From assembly GCF_006345805.1 (NCBI RefSeq), contig NC_043001.1:7998001-8062000 (forward strand): a stretch of DNA of 64,000 nt, given 5' to 3'. The DNA comes from Octopus sinensis. Its lineage: Eukaryota. Position numbers and translations under genes: made by a program. Below are positions 36,467-49,065 of the stretch, one piece after another. Below the pieces are notes generated by a model, which was not told the DNA's origin, did no database searches, and saw only the letters and a list, made by a program, of their open reading frames with translations. Within the stretch, counting starts at the first letter, position 1. Each line of letters opens with the position of its first letter.

Positions 36467-37683
36467 TGATTGATTGATTGATAGATATGGATATAGATAT
36501 AAATATATACACACATATAGATATACATACACAAATAAATACATGCATACATACATACATACGTACACACATATATTTGCAATGGGAATATTAAAACTAT
36601 ATGTAAGAAATCCTCCCTCTCTCTCTCTCATTTCTCAATCACTGTAAAATCTCTATTGCTTAAAATATGCTTCACATTTTCTTTTTTGCTATACGTTCCC
36701 AACTTTTAAATTTGGATTAGTTGAACCAACAAAAGATTGCGTCCCGTATAGTAATCAGCAACCAGGAGAGAGTTAGGCGTTGGTAACACCCTGTCTACAT
36801 TTGTTAACGCATACACTGAAAACTAGCAGTAAAAGACACTTGGCCAGAGAGACATGACGAATGCCTATTCCATCTCATCCCAACGAATTGAAAAATGTAT
36901 TTGCTTCGAGAAAGATAAACAAAAATTAGGGCTTCTGAAATTTGTTCGTTGTGGAAACACGTTATTGCGAACATTTATGCACCTCAGAGTTGTTTAGGGA
37001 ATAAACCAATACGTAGCATGATCTCCACCCTGTCTTTCATACGTTAAGCGAGACTGGAGGAAAAATAAATTTTTAAAAAATGAAAACGCATATTATACTA
37101 TAAATTATTTTGACAACATATGATTAAAATGTTGAGTTTAGATTAATTTATTGGTCTCAAATTATGCCCTACTGCCGATTCAAAAAGTCAGAATGGTGCT
37201 ATAAATGTCTAAGAACGACTACAAATTCGGGAGGCTTATAGGTTGTGCCAAATGTATATTGAATGCATATTCTTTGCATAAATTTGTCTCTCTTTTCTCT
37301 TTGCTATAAATTCCCAGCATTCAAATGCGACTGACCCCTATGTAATCAAGTGCAAATTGTTCAAATCTATAGACAATGCACAAATCAATACACAATACAT
37401 ACATAAATCCATCCATCATTCCATTTATGTGCGTGTGCGTGTGTGTTTGTGTGTATATAAATACATACATATGTTAACACGTCTTTTCAATTTGGTTACG
37501 GGAAACGTTTTGAATATGCAAATGAGGCTCTTATTCTATAATGCCGGCGACAATATAATGATGCTGACTCCAGAACTAGTTTGGAGTTTTGAAAGATGCG
37601 ATTCATAGAAACCCGTGTAGTGATCTATTGATATATTAATAAATTCCATCCAAGGAATATCGTCATTATCACTATATATATAT

Positions 37684-37846
37684 ATATATTTAGTGTAGGA
37701 AGAAATGGAGCTGAACGAAGATTTAACAAAATTCCTTTTTATTATTTTCTACATACTTTGCAGCCTTTGAAACATATGTAGAATATAATAAAAAGGAATT
37801 TTGTTAAATCTTCGTTCAGCTCCATTTCCTCCTACACTAAATATAT
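37684..37846. repeat. Hairpin, 72-bp arms (2 mismatches), 19-nt loop
   Basis: Arms 37684-37755 and 37775-37846. Confidence 0.95.
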
Positions 37847-38269
37847 AAAACTTCAAATTTCCGCACTAAGGCACGGATTTTAGGCCCCATGGTCGTAACC
37901 TCAACCGTGCTTTTCTGTTGTGATTTTTGCTACCCAGGTATCGGTTATCATTTGAATAATCCGTAATAAGATAATTCATTTATCTACTTCAATAATTATA
38001 TATATATTTATATACATATATAAGTCGGTATGGCATTAAATAGTATCCGGTAGTTAAACTCCAGTTTGGGTGTTCTGCAGTTGCATATTCTCACCGGAAT
38101 ATATAATCTGTCATGGGCTCATTAATGAGATAAATGGACTTGCCAGTGGTAGAAGATGCTTCCATAATTTTTGTCAAAGTTCTGTGGATGACAGCACTTG
38201 AAGGAGAAAGAGAGACCGACATAAATCTTGCAATCCAAATAATAACAATATATTACGCTATATGCCCAC

Positions 38270-38345
38270 GGGCATATACCGTAATGTTTAAGAGCGCTGG
38301 CTTCTACCGCAAAGGTTGTCGGTTCAATTCCATGCAGTGAATGAA
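38270..38345 (+). mobile_element. tRNA-like head of the composite element (5' half of a split copy)
   Basis: gggcatataccgtaatgtttaagagcgctggcttctaccgcaaaggttgtcGGTTCAATTCCatgcagtga, followed by (TAA)n from about 38364. It is a diverged homolog of the heads at 10861-10925 and 29868-29908. Confidence 0.65.
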
Positions 38346-38361
38346 CGAATGGATGAATGGA

Positions 38362-38363
<2 letters not shown>

Positions 38364-38397
<34 letters not shown>

Positions 38398-38448
38398 TAT
38401 AATAATATAATAATAATAAAAACAATAATAATAATGATAATAATAATA

Positions 38449-38490
<42 letters not shown>
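38364..38490. repeat. (TAA)n microsatellite
   Basis: Direct reading. Further TAA tracts at 9467-9524, 9746-9780, 29815-29867 (as TTA), 38589-38650 and 40725-40775. Confidence 0.95.
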
Positions 38491-38491
<1 letters not shown>

Positions 38492-38584
38492 CATCAGAGC
38501 ATCACCACAAATCACAGCATATACCCAAGGCACACAGAGCTGCGCTCGGTAGTGAAGTGAAAGCACGCTATAAATATAAAACTA

Positions 38585-38588
<4 letters not shown>
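38488..38588 (+). mobile_element. About 100-bp unique block between two (TAA)n tracts; probable 3' end of a second TAA-resident LINE family
   Basis: ccatcagagcatcaccac...gagctgcgctcggtagtgaagtgaaagcacgctataaatataaaactactga, bounded by TAA repeats. Assignment as a LINE 3' end is recalled or inferred; no ORF is present. Confidence 0.5.
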
Positions 38589-38650
<62 letters not shown>

Positions 38651-38652
<2 letters not shown>

Positions 38653-40541
38653 TAAGCGCAGAAATCTCAGCACCGCATGGATTGACTATAAAAAGGCCTT
38701 CGACAGTATACCGCATCCATGGATCTTGAGATCGCTGGACATCTTCAAAATTTCCCCTGTGATTTCAAACTTCCTGAAGCACAATACGTCGTTGTGGAAT
38801 ACGAATCCCAATTATACCACTCTAATGGAGTACTTGCCTCAGAAAATATAAACATCAACTGTGGAATTTTTCAAGGTGACTCACTTTCAACTTTAATATT
38901 CTGCATAGCCCTAATACCCCTTACAAGTGAATTAAACAGAACAGGGTATGGGTATAAAATTGCCAATAAAAAAATAAGCCTTCTATTTTATATGGATGAC
39001 TTAAAACTTTATGGTAAAGACAATAATGAACTTGAAGGCCTATTGCGCACCGTGAAAGCATTCAGCGATGACATCGGGATGGAGTTTGGACTTGAGAAGT
39101 GTGCCAAGGCCACTTTCCAGAAAGGGAAAGTGAAGACCACAAATTCAGTCGTGTTAGATGTTGACACAGTCATAAGAGAGCTTGAGCAAGAACAAACATA
39201 CAAATATTTAGGGATAAATGAAGGCTCTGGTATTCAGCATGCAAGCATGAAAGAGAAAATCAGGAAGGAATGTTATAGGAGAGTTCGTGCAGTCCTGAAA
39301 TCTGAACTAAATGCACGTAACAAGGTGTAGCTATAAATTCCCTAGCAGTTCCAGTTGTTACTTATAGTTACAATGTGTTGAACTGGAATATGAGTGAAGT
39401 AAAGAATATAGATAGAAAAATACGCAAGCTGCTGAGTTGTAATAGGATGCACCACCCAAAGGCAGACGTAGATCGCCTTTACCTTCCCAGAGCCCAAGGA
39501 GGTCGAGGCCTGATCCAATTTGAACTAGCTTACAAAACAACCACAATTGGACTGGCCAAACATCTCAAAATATCGAATGACTGGATGCTAAAGCTCGTAG
39601 AAAATCACGAGAGACGAAAGCAGCTTCATTCTATCATCAAGGAAAGCAAAAAATTTGCTATTGATCTCGTGCAGGATACACAAACTGAACAACCCGAGGG
39701 AAATACGGCAACTATTGTTGCAAAGAAGGTGAAAATGATGGCAATGAAAAAAGCGCACGAGCAATTGGCTGATAGGTGGGAGGAGAAACCTCTGCACGGC
39801 AAATATGTAACCCGCAGCAAACAAGCTGATGTTGACCAGAAGCAAACCCATCAGTGGCTACGGAGCTCAGGGCTAAAAGCAGAGAGCGAAGGTTTCATCC
39901 TGGCTGCTCAAGACCAAAGCCTATCAACCCGGAACTACCAGGCCAATGTGATGAAAAATGGAGCAGACCCAAAATGCCGATTCTGCAACGACATGATTGA
40001 AACAGTGCACCACCTAATCTCTGGATGTAAAGTCTTAGCACCAGTGGAGTATAAATTAAGACATGACAGAGTTGGCCAATATCTCCACTGGCTAATAAGT
40101 CGGCATTACAATATCAAAACTGCCGACAAGTGGTATAATCACCACCCTGAGGCTGTAACTGAAGGAGAAAATGTAACCATTCTGTGGGACTTTCCAGTAC
40201 ATACAGACCGAACCATCAAGGCCAATAAACCAGATATTGTTGTGAAAGACCAAAACAATAAAGTTTGCTTATTGATCGACATGAGCATCCCCTGTGATCA
40301 TAATATCTCAGCGAAAGAGTTTGACAAGCTCAGAAAATATAAAGACCTACTCATTGAAATTGAGAAAATGTGGCATCTCAAGGCGGTTACAATACCAGTG
40401 ATCGTAGGAGCACTAGGAATGATCAAGAAGGGAACCGAAAATTATATGAGAATGATCCCTGGCTTACCATCCCTGCAAGAAGTGCAAAAGATTGTCTTAA
40501 CTGGTACATCACACGTATTGAGAAGAGCATTGTCGATGTGA
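38651..40541 (+). pseudogene. RT + CCHC + RLE ORF of the Dong/R4 element, broken by two apparent 1-nt deletions (about 38806 and about 39328)
   Basis: The frame from 38651 (DKRRNLSTAW...LWNTN) shifts into ORF 38719-39330 (QLYHSNG...NARNKV). That in turn shifts (gtg-tag-ct instead of gtg-tta-gct; ...AINSLAVPVVTYSYNVLNW) into ORF 39375-40541. Confidence 0.9.
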
Positions 40542-40723
40542 GAACTGTTGCTGCTCATGTATTATAATTTAACTAAAAAATAAAAAATTAAAAAAAAAAA
40601 ATTGAACGAACTACTGAGTTTGGTTTAACGGCCTACCAATATACACTATGAGTTTCTTTGCCCTATGAGTCGGGAAGACACTCGGCAAGAAATGGAAGAA
40701 AATTTGAAAGAAGAAAAAAAAAA

Positions 40724-40724
<1 letters not shown>
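38651..40724 (+). mobile_element. Dong/R4-clade (RLE-type) non-LTR retrotransposon, 5'-truncated, young copy embedded in (TAA)n
   Basis: Translation gives RT motifs KRRNLSTAWIDYKKAFDSIPH, GIFQGDSLS, FYMDDLKLY and MEFGLEKC, then C-terminal CRFCNDMIETVHHLISGC (CCHC knuckle), RHD, and KPDIVV...LIDMSIP...K..KYKDL (restriction-like endonuclease). A 3' UTR follows the TGA at 40539-40541. (TAA)n lies on both flanks. Confidence 0.95.
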
Positions 40725-40760
<36 letters not shown>

Positions 40761-40789
40761 TCATAATAATAATAACAACAACAACAACA

Positions 40790-40980
40790 GCATCAATAAA
40801 GACAAAATACTTTAGGAATGAGAACCCAGGTTGGGGTTCAAAATCCTAGCAGGACATCTGGTGAAGGCTGAAGAGTAAATTAGCCGAAACGTTGTGGTAA
40901 CAACAAACAAGATGAGGACACATATCCCTCACATATAAATAAAGTAATGTACAGAATTCCACATCTCAAAAATATGGAAC
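40790..40980 (+). mobile_element. Body + degenerate hammerhead + tail of the composite element (3' half of a split copy)
   Basis: catc...aaatactttaggaatgagaacccaggtt...acatCTGGTGAaGGCTgaagagtaaattAGCCGAAAcgttgtggtaacaacaaacaagatgaggac...aatgtacagaattccacatctc. It aligns with the reverse complement of 29645-29800 and with the 29930-29970 tail. Confidence 0.75.
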
Positions 40981-41322
40981 GGAAATATTTTACGATGCTC
41001 CTCATTGGAACTTACTATTCAACTGGGAGTGTGGGAAAAGTGTTGTACTTGCTTAAATCCACTTAAATCCAAGGACGTACAGATGAATCACAATTATTTC
41101 GTTTCTTCATCCATTTTTGTTTTGGTATTGTTTTATAAAGTATTCAAGTGATTGATCGGTGACGCCTGAAAGTCATATTCAAGAACCCATGGAAAGCGAA
41201 TATAAATCAGAACAAACTGATTGATTGGATGCTGGGTATCTTTGGACAAGTTTATGCAACCATCACACACGCACTCCACATATTCGCAATATATAGACGT
41301 GTCAAAATACACACACACACAC

Positions 41323-41546
<224 letters not shown>

Positions 41547-42167
41547 TATGATAAAAGGCAGATTTTCTCTGCCTCTCACATAGTTTGTTTTTAATACAAT
41601 TGTACAATATAAAATTTCTTCAATTGGAATTTACCTATGATTTTCGAAGTAGATTCCATTGGGTCATGGCATATACATTCTTTTCAATTTCACCCCCAAT
41701 TAAGCAAAAATTCGAGATAACTCAATATTTTACGATTTGCCTCTCTCATTTCAAATGGTTTACTCCTGCTATTACCACACTTTCTCCTACTTTCTCTTTG
41801 CAAGTGTATACCACTATCATATCCTCTTTCTGCAACTCTTATTCAATATCACACATTCTGCTACTTTCTCTTATTAATGCTTAAACCAATCCTCAAAAAA
41901 GAAAGGAAACAGAGATCTGTCGCTAGCTTTTGATAGTATTCATTGCCGAGCGTACTTCAGTTGTCAATTGTTGAAGGAAAGAAATTGTAAGCTAAGAAGG
42001 TGTGTGTGTGTATCTGTGCGTGCGTACGTGTGTGTGTGTGGGGGGAAAGTGAAGGATAAAAATATGGAAAGAATTGGACAGATGTACATATATACATACA
42101 TACATTCATACATACATACATGTGTGTGTGTGTGTGTATGTATGTGTATTAATGTGTGTGTGTGTTA

Positions 42168-42558
42168 TCTCTCTCTATATAAAGCTGAAGTTCTCTGTGT
42201 GCGGCAGGTTTGGTAGCCTTCAATTAACACTATCTCCTTCGAGACACTGCGGCGTAAGTTGACCAAAATTGAGAGTATGATAGAAGAAGGGTTGCTCTTC
42301 CTTCCGTAGTAGATAAATTCCAGATCCGACCATGTTAACACCAAAAATTATTAACATCAAAAAGGTGCTTTTTTCTATGAAAATCCCTATTTTTTACGAT
42401 TTTTTCACTGCTTTGTCGCTACTTTTCGGTGTATTTCAACCACAAAAATTTTCACTTGAAGAGAATAACAAGCTACATAATGCGAAATTTTTACTTTTCA
42501 AAAATTCCAATTCCAGCGTGTCGAAACAAACCCTAGCAACGCCGGGCGATACTGCTAG
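42168..42558 (+). mobile_element. Non-autonomous Helitron
   Basis: Starts A|TC(tctc)tatataaagctgaag, ends with the GC hairpin gcaacgccgggcgatactgc followed by CTAG|T. No TSD; inserted between A and T. Confidence 0.75.
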
Positions 42559-42606
<48 letters not shown>

Positions 42607-42713
42607 GGTTATCAGTAATAATATAGGGTGAAATTAATTAATTTGGAATAATCATTAATTACACCAAGTAGATTTCGGCATGTAAAAGCCTCATTCGATG
42701 AAAGTTTAAGTAA

Positions 42714-42939
42714 TACTAAGTAATTAAGGGTTTAGCAACGAATTGCCTCACCACACACCGAATTTAGAAATAGCAGTCAAAGAGTTATAGCTATTCTTTC
42801 TACTAAAAGGGAGATCTCAGTGTTTGCCTTTCAAGTGCTGTGTTTTTACTGAGTAGAAAGAATAGCTATAACTCTTTGACTGCTACTTCTAAATTCGGTG
42901 CGTGGTGAGGCAATTCGTTACTAAACCCTTAATTACTTA

Positions 42940-42942
<3 letters not shown>
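42714..42942. repeat. Inverted repeat, 91-bp arms (3 mismatches), 47-nt spacer
   Basis: Arms 42714-42804 and 42852-42942. Homologous to 24037-24170. Confidence 0.95.
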
Positions 42943-42986
<44 letters not shown>

Positions 42987-42990
42987 TATA

Positions 42991-43217
<227 letters not shown>

Positions 43218-43289
43218 AGAGGTAAATACACGTTAATACATAGATACATAAATATACACATATATACACACATACAAATATGGTATCCG

Positions 43290-44119
43290 ATGTTCTTGGA
43301 CCTCTTCTGCAATGCACGAACAGATGACAGCATACATTTCCGTGTGCAGTGAGAGTTAGTTGTATGCCGAGTATTACTGTGTGTCCTTCACAAGGTCTGA
43401 AAATTTGTGTTATTTTGACCCGTGTATGCTGCGGTCTGCTATGTTGGTGCTGGACTGAAAGTTGGAAGAAAGACCAACGTAGGATTTTCATTAAACTTGG
43501 TAAGTCTGTAACAAAGACATTGAGCAATTTTAGCCAAAGCAGGTTCTACGCAACGTTTCGAGTGGCACGGTTTCTCAAAAGTAAAAGAACGTCCCTGGAA
43601 GGACAATGAGCAATCTGGAAGACTCACCTTGAGCAACACACCCAGGTATGTGGAGAAAAACCATCGATTTGGACAGAAGGACCGTCGGAAGACAACCAAC
43701 AAAGTTTTGATGCGTTTTCGGGATGACATTTGAAGAAGCCGGATCTGTGAAGTGCGAAGTATTGAATCCTTCACGACGACTATGCACCCACAAACAGATC
43801 ATTCGTCCCTTGTGAGTGCCTGGCCCGACATAACATTCTCTCGTTTCCACCCCCACCCCAATTCGCTAGATTTAACACCTGAAGACTAAGGTCTCTTCTG
43901 CAACAGGAAAGTGCAGCTGTAAGGACGCTATTTTAACACCATTGTCGAGATCAAGAGAGAACCGTTGCAATCAATATCCAGACCGGATTCGAAATGTGAC
44001 TCACTTGCTGGGACCAGTTTATTTTTGTGCAAGGCGACTATTTTGATGTCATGCACGCTTAATTCGATAGATTATGTTTCATTATACATAACTAGTCCGG
44101 AAAATTCTTCATTCGCCTC

Positions 44120-44122
<3 letters not shown>
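43290..44122 (+). mobile_element. Internally deleted, decayed mariner of a different subfamily
   Basis: Fragments [54 protein letters not shown] (LHHDNAP) and HPNSLDLTPED...KVQL*GRYFNTIVEIK. The right end agtccggaaaattcttcattcgcctcg-TA resembles a mariner TIR. The left TIR is not found. Confidence 0.8.
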
Positions 44123-44165
<43 letters not shown>

Positions 44166-44423
44166 TTAGTGTATCTGGTACTTAAATTATAATGCAGGTG
44201 ATCTACTTCTAGCATATGACTGACACATAGTGGTTTTTTAGCTCTTTAAATATACACATGTATTTGAATTTTCTCTGATTTTTCAGATTTTTTTATATGC
44301 TAGGCTACTGGTTTTAAAATTGATATTAATTAAATTAATATTCAATTTATCTCCCTTATTATATAAATATATATATATATATATATTTGTGTGTGTGTGT
44401 GTGTGTGTGTGTAAGTATGTGGT

Positions 44424-44469
<46 letters not shown>

Positions 44470-45474
44470 AATTTCTGTGCAAGAGAATTCGGAAATGCTA
44501 GATTTTTCAGAAAAAGAAAATAACCAGATTGGAATCTAGCAGCAACAACAAAAGCAATTTTCTCAAATTCAACGTGTGACACACATACATACATGCATAC
44601 ATATATGCATACATACATTCATACATACATACATACATACATACATACATACATACATACATACATACATACATACATCATTCCATTCATATATGTGTGT
44701 GTGTACTTGTGTGTGTGCGTGCACGCGCGTGTGTAAGTATATACATAGATAAATATGTCTTTTAAAAATTTGTTTACGGGAATCGTTTTGAATATGCAAT
44801 AAAGTCTCTCTACCATAATGGAGTTTTATATCCTTTAGAGTCCTACTTCGTCTTTAGAGGGAGATTTTAACTCGTAGAAATACAAGAAGCAAGAAAAACC
44901 TATGTACATACTATACACACATATGTGTGTGTATAACCACGAATTACAAAAATGAACGATTATCGCTTTCTCTCTCTTACTCATTCTCACTCTGTCTCTC
45001 TCTCTCTCGCTTTCCTTCTCTATAACATTCCTTCTTTCTTTTTCTCCCTCTATAACTGAGTATATTTCCCAGCGTTATGTTTACCAAAACGATCGGTCTG
45101 GTTTTAATTCCGTCAGAGATTTGGCACATTAGGACGTAGAGTTTTGTTTTCATAAATAAAACACATTGCATTCCTACACAGCTTGTTATGCATTAAATGC
45201 TGCATGATACCCACCTGTCTACATCTCTCGAAATATGCGGATGGCAAGCGATATAGAGTAATGCGTTTCATTCGATTTCATTCCATTTAATATCTCACGT
45301 TAATGAAACATATATCTAACGTTAATTTCCTACATACTTGATTAATGCCTTGTGAAGAAAGTAATATGAAGCCGCTATGGATTTAATTAATATATAATGT
45401 CAAAATAGAAAATATATTGATGTATTTTCCTCTAATGAAAACAGCACACTCGGTATTCTTATAATGACCGAGCG

Positions 45475-45543
<69 letters not shown>

Positions 45544-46784
45544 TGTATATATATATATAGAGAGAGAGAGATGTGTCTGTGTCTGTGTGTTTATGTTGCT
45601 TTCACAATATGTGCGAATTTTATATGTCGCGCACAATTTGATGATGCTCATGCCTTTCTGTGATATTGTAACGTCGTAAGTTAAAAGGAAATATTAGTGT
45701 CATAAATTCGAAGCCAATATTGAAGAAAACATGCTCTTGTTTTCCTATAGCCTATATCATTCAAAATGAAATAATTCTTAATAATGAATTGTTGTCGATG
45801 GCAATTCCTTTCTTGAATGTGTTAAAGTGTTCAATTTCCTATTTCTAACTCTATTTCTAACTCTACAATATTTCAACCATTTGAGGTCGAGATTTTACCA
45901 GTAATACGTTCAGAAGCCAAACGTTTCATTAGTCATTCCATCTGCCATATCTGGCTTCGTTCCAAAAGAAGAAATATAATTTATAACGAATGGAATGATA
46001 TTTTGCATAAAGGGAATACATCTTCGATGGTTTGCTGTATATGTGCCACTCCACACCATATCCCAAGTAATTTATCAAGATTATTCAGTATTTTCCTAGA
46101 AATCGTACGCAAGAAACGGCTTGATAGATTAATGAGTTCCTTCAAGAACGCAGTCAAATGTAATATTTATATTAGATTTTGATTGGCATTTGTAATGACC
46201 AATAAACTGAATTTATAAACTATTCTTGTTTTCGGAAAACAATTATCTTATTTCCTCAGAGAATATGTATGAAATACTGACCAGATAAAATGGAAAGCGT
46301 TCGTGATAAATTACTTAAATACGAATGCATACCGAAATCTCACAACTGTTTCTCAACGTCTTTCTCTCCGTTACTTCTATTCGACTAAATCATTTATTGA
46401 AACCAATAGCTATTATAGTTGTACGTATATTAACGCAGATATCTATCCTTAACAGGATGAGCTGAATTTTACTTCCCTCTCGGTTCCAATGCTTAGCTAT
46501 CTATCAAGACATTCTCTGTGTGGAAAGACACTAGAACTAAACATGGCATCTTGTGCAGTCTACTTCGCTGATAAAGAAAACACAACGACTACTATGCAAG
46601 ATTTTGCCACCAGGACTCACATGTTCAGGATTTGAGTAAGCCAACATTTGAGGATGACAGTAGGTCTACCTGTACTCACTATATACAAATACGTAAACAC
46701 TGAAGTATAACCTATTCTACCAACACATACAACTTTCAAGTAAACACCGACAGGCTCTCACCTTATATATGCATATATATATAT

Positions 46785-47271
46785 ACGACGGGTTTGTGCT
46801 TCTTGCAGTTTCCGTCTACCACATCTACTCACAAGGCTTTGATCAGTCCGAGGCTATAGTAGAAGACACATGCCCGAGGTTCCACATAGGAGTAGCTGTG
46901 TGGTATGTAGCTTGCTTACCAACCACATGGTTCCAGGTTCAGTGCCACTGCATGGTATCATGGGCAAGTGACTTCTATTGTAGCCTCGGGCCGACCAAAA
47001 CCTTTTGAGTGGAATTGGTATAAGCCCATCGTATGTATATAGTATATATATCTCTGAGCGTGTGTGTGTTTTTGTTCTGTGCTTGTACCCCCCATCATCG
47101 CTTGACAAACAATGGTAGTGTGTTTATGCCCCCGTTATCTAGCTGCTCGGCAAAAGAGTCCGATAAAATAAGTACTAGACTTACAAAGCATAAGCCCTTC
47201 CCTCGATTTCTTCAACTAAAGGCGGTGCTCCAGCATGGCCGCAGTCAAAGAATTGAAACAAATAAAAGAAT
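46785..47271. mobile_element. Two SINE family A copies back-to-back (minus fragment 46785-46885; plus copy 46887-47271)
   Basis: The minus fragment (gtttccgtctacc...gaggctatagtagaagacacatgccc) abuts a plus-strand head (ggagtagctgtgtgg...) that runs to the tail ccagcatggccgcagtc. Confidence 0.8.
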
Positions 47272-47299
47272 TATACACACACACACACATATATATATA

Positions 47300-47354
<55 letters not shown>

Positions 47355-48789
47355 TATATATATATGTATGTATGTATGTATGCATGAATGTATGTATATA
47401 AATTTGATATAACTTCACGTGTGCATATATAAACAAAAAATTATTTATACACATGCTGATATATGATCTACGTTGACCTCTTTATTCGCATTATCACCGA
47501 ACATGGAGCTTAACAATTGTCTATCCATAGCACTTACTCAGCATTACCTGACACCTTTGGGTCCTACTGACACCATTACCTCTTATAACCTCTATTTTGT
47601 TATTTATTGATTTATTGCGTTATTGTATTTTCTTATTTAATGCTGTAGTGTACTTCAGAATGCGATGTCCCAATTTATGACGAGCAAACTCAAATTTTAT
47701 ACTTAACATTTTGTATTTAAGTTGGAAGATACGTGATACTCGTATATACTGTCATATACCATAGAATAATTTACCTATATATTGTTTGTGATGGAGCAAT
47801 AATATTCGAAAGTGTATTAACATAGATATAGGTATCCTCGATGCTTTCGCAAGCTGTTGTTTACAACACTTGCAGAACTAAATAAATTTTTCAATACTGA
47901 TACTAAAATATTGTGTATTATATTTTATGCAGGAGTATCAGATTCACATAAGTCAGAGTTCTATTTTATTTTCTATTTTCTATTTATTATTCACGTGTGG
48001 TGAGGACGGCAAACTATCTTCCAATAAATAAAATGTCGAAAGTCACTTTTATTCATGCTTTTAGTTTCATTATGTATTATCATTCGATATTGAACTGCAA
48101 CTATTATGGTAGAAAGTTTGAGTTTTATTTTGCGATACACAAGCGAATATTTCAGAAACTAGCCTTCATCAGATTAACATTATTTGGTTGCAGGGGCAAA
48201 TCGAAACATAATTTTCATACTTTTACATAAATGTTTATAGATATATTATTTATTACTCTTTGAATTATCAGTTACTGAGAAAAGGACGTGGGAATATTAT
48301 TTATGGGTTATATTAAATATCAAGATTTGAAGCACGCTATAGTTAGAGATTACGGATATTAATTTCTCTTAATTTTGTTAGTTGAAATATTACCAAAGAG
48401 ATAGAATGACAACGAACGGAAGCAGCTTAGATGTTAGTTTAAAACTTTCTTCTTATCTTCATAACAAAAACTATACAACAAACGGGATAACTCAAGCAAT
48501 ATACAGTATTCGCATGAATGGTTTCACCTAACTTATCTTGCAATTAAAAATCGCTCATTAAAAGTTCTGTTTGTTTCTTCGTATTTTCCTAAATGTCTCA
48601 CATATACTTCCAACAACGAATATCACATGTCCCAAATCTTGAAGGATAAATGTTGCGTTAATCATCTGATTGAAAGAATTAAGCATTTCCACTTCAGAAG
48701 CAGGCATTAATTGAGAGAACAATAACCGCAACAAATATGTTTAAAGCAGGTTTTGTCTTCATTCAAACATTAACTTAAACATAGGGACA

Positions 48790-48933
48790 TATGTGGCTGT
48801 GTGGCTGTGTGGTAGCGGGTTCAGTGCTATGGCGTGGCATCTTGAGCAAGTGTCTTCTGCTATAACCTCCGGTCAACCAAAGCCTTGTGGGTGCAATTGT
48901 TTGATTGAAACTGAAAGGAGCCCGCCGTGTGTA

Positions 48934-48935
<2 letters not shown>
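48790..48935 (+). mobile_element. SINE family A head fragment
   Basis: gtggctgtgtggtagcgggttcagtgctatggcgtggcatcttgagcaagtgtcttctgctata...gaaactgaaaggagcccg, then (TA)n. Confidence 0.75.
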
Positions 48936-48972
<37 letters not shown>

Positions 48973-49065
48973 CAACAATTGAGGGCAAAATTAATTAATT
49001 ATTAATCAATTTCACCAAGTGTTCAGTATGCAAAGGGACCATTCAAGGCGAATTCAAATTATTAC

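Noticed and set aside
38270-38340. tRNA gene call for the tRNA-like heads (also 10861-10925, 7765-7830 and SINE A/C heads)
   Set aside because: They lack intact acceptor and anticodon stems and are followed by repeat bodies; they are TE heads, not tRNA genes.
38364-40790. CRISPR-like alternation of repeats and unique spacers
   Set aside because: The repeats are variable-length TAA microsatellites and the 'spacers' are retroelement fragments. This is a eukaryotic context with no cas genes.
45780-46300. Possible very old LINE RT remnant on the minus strand
   Set aside because: Only faint motif resemblance; no recognisable YADD or QG motif is intact.
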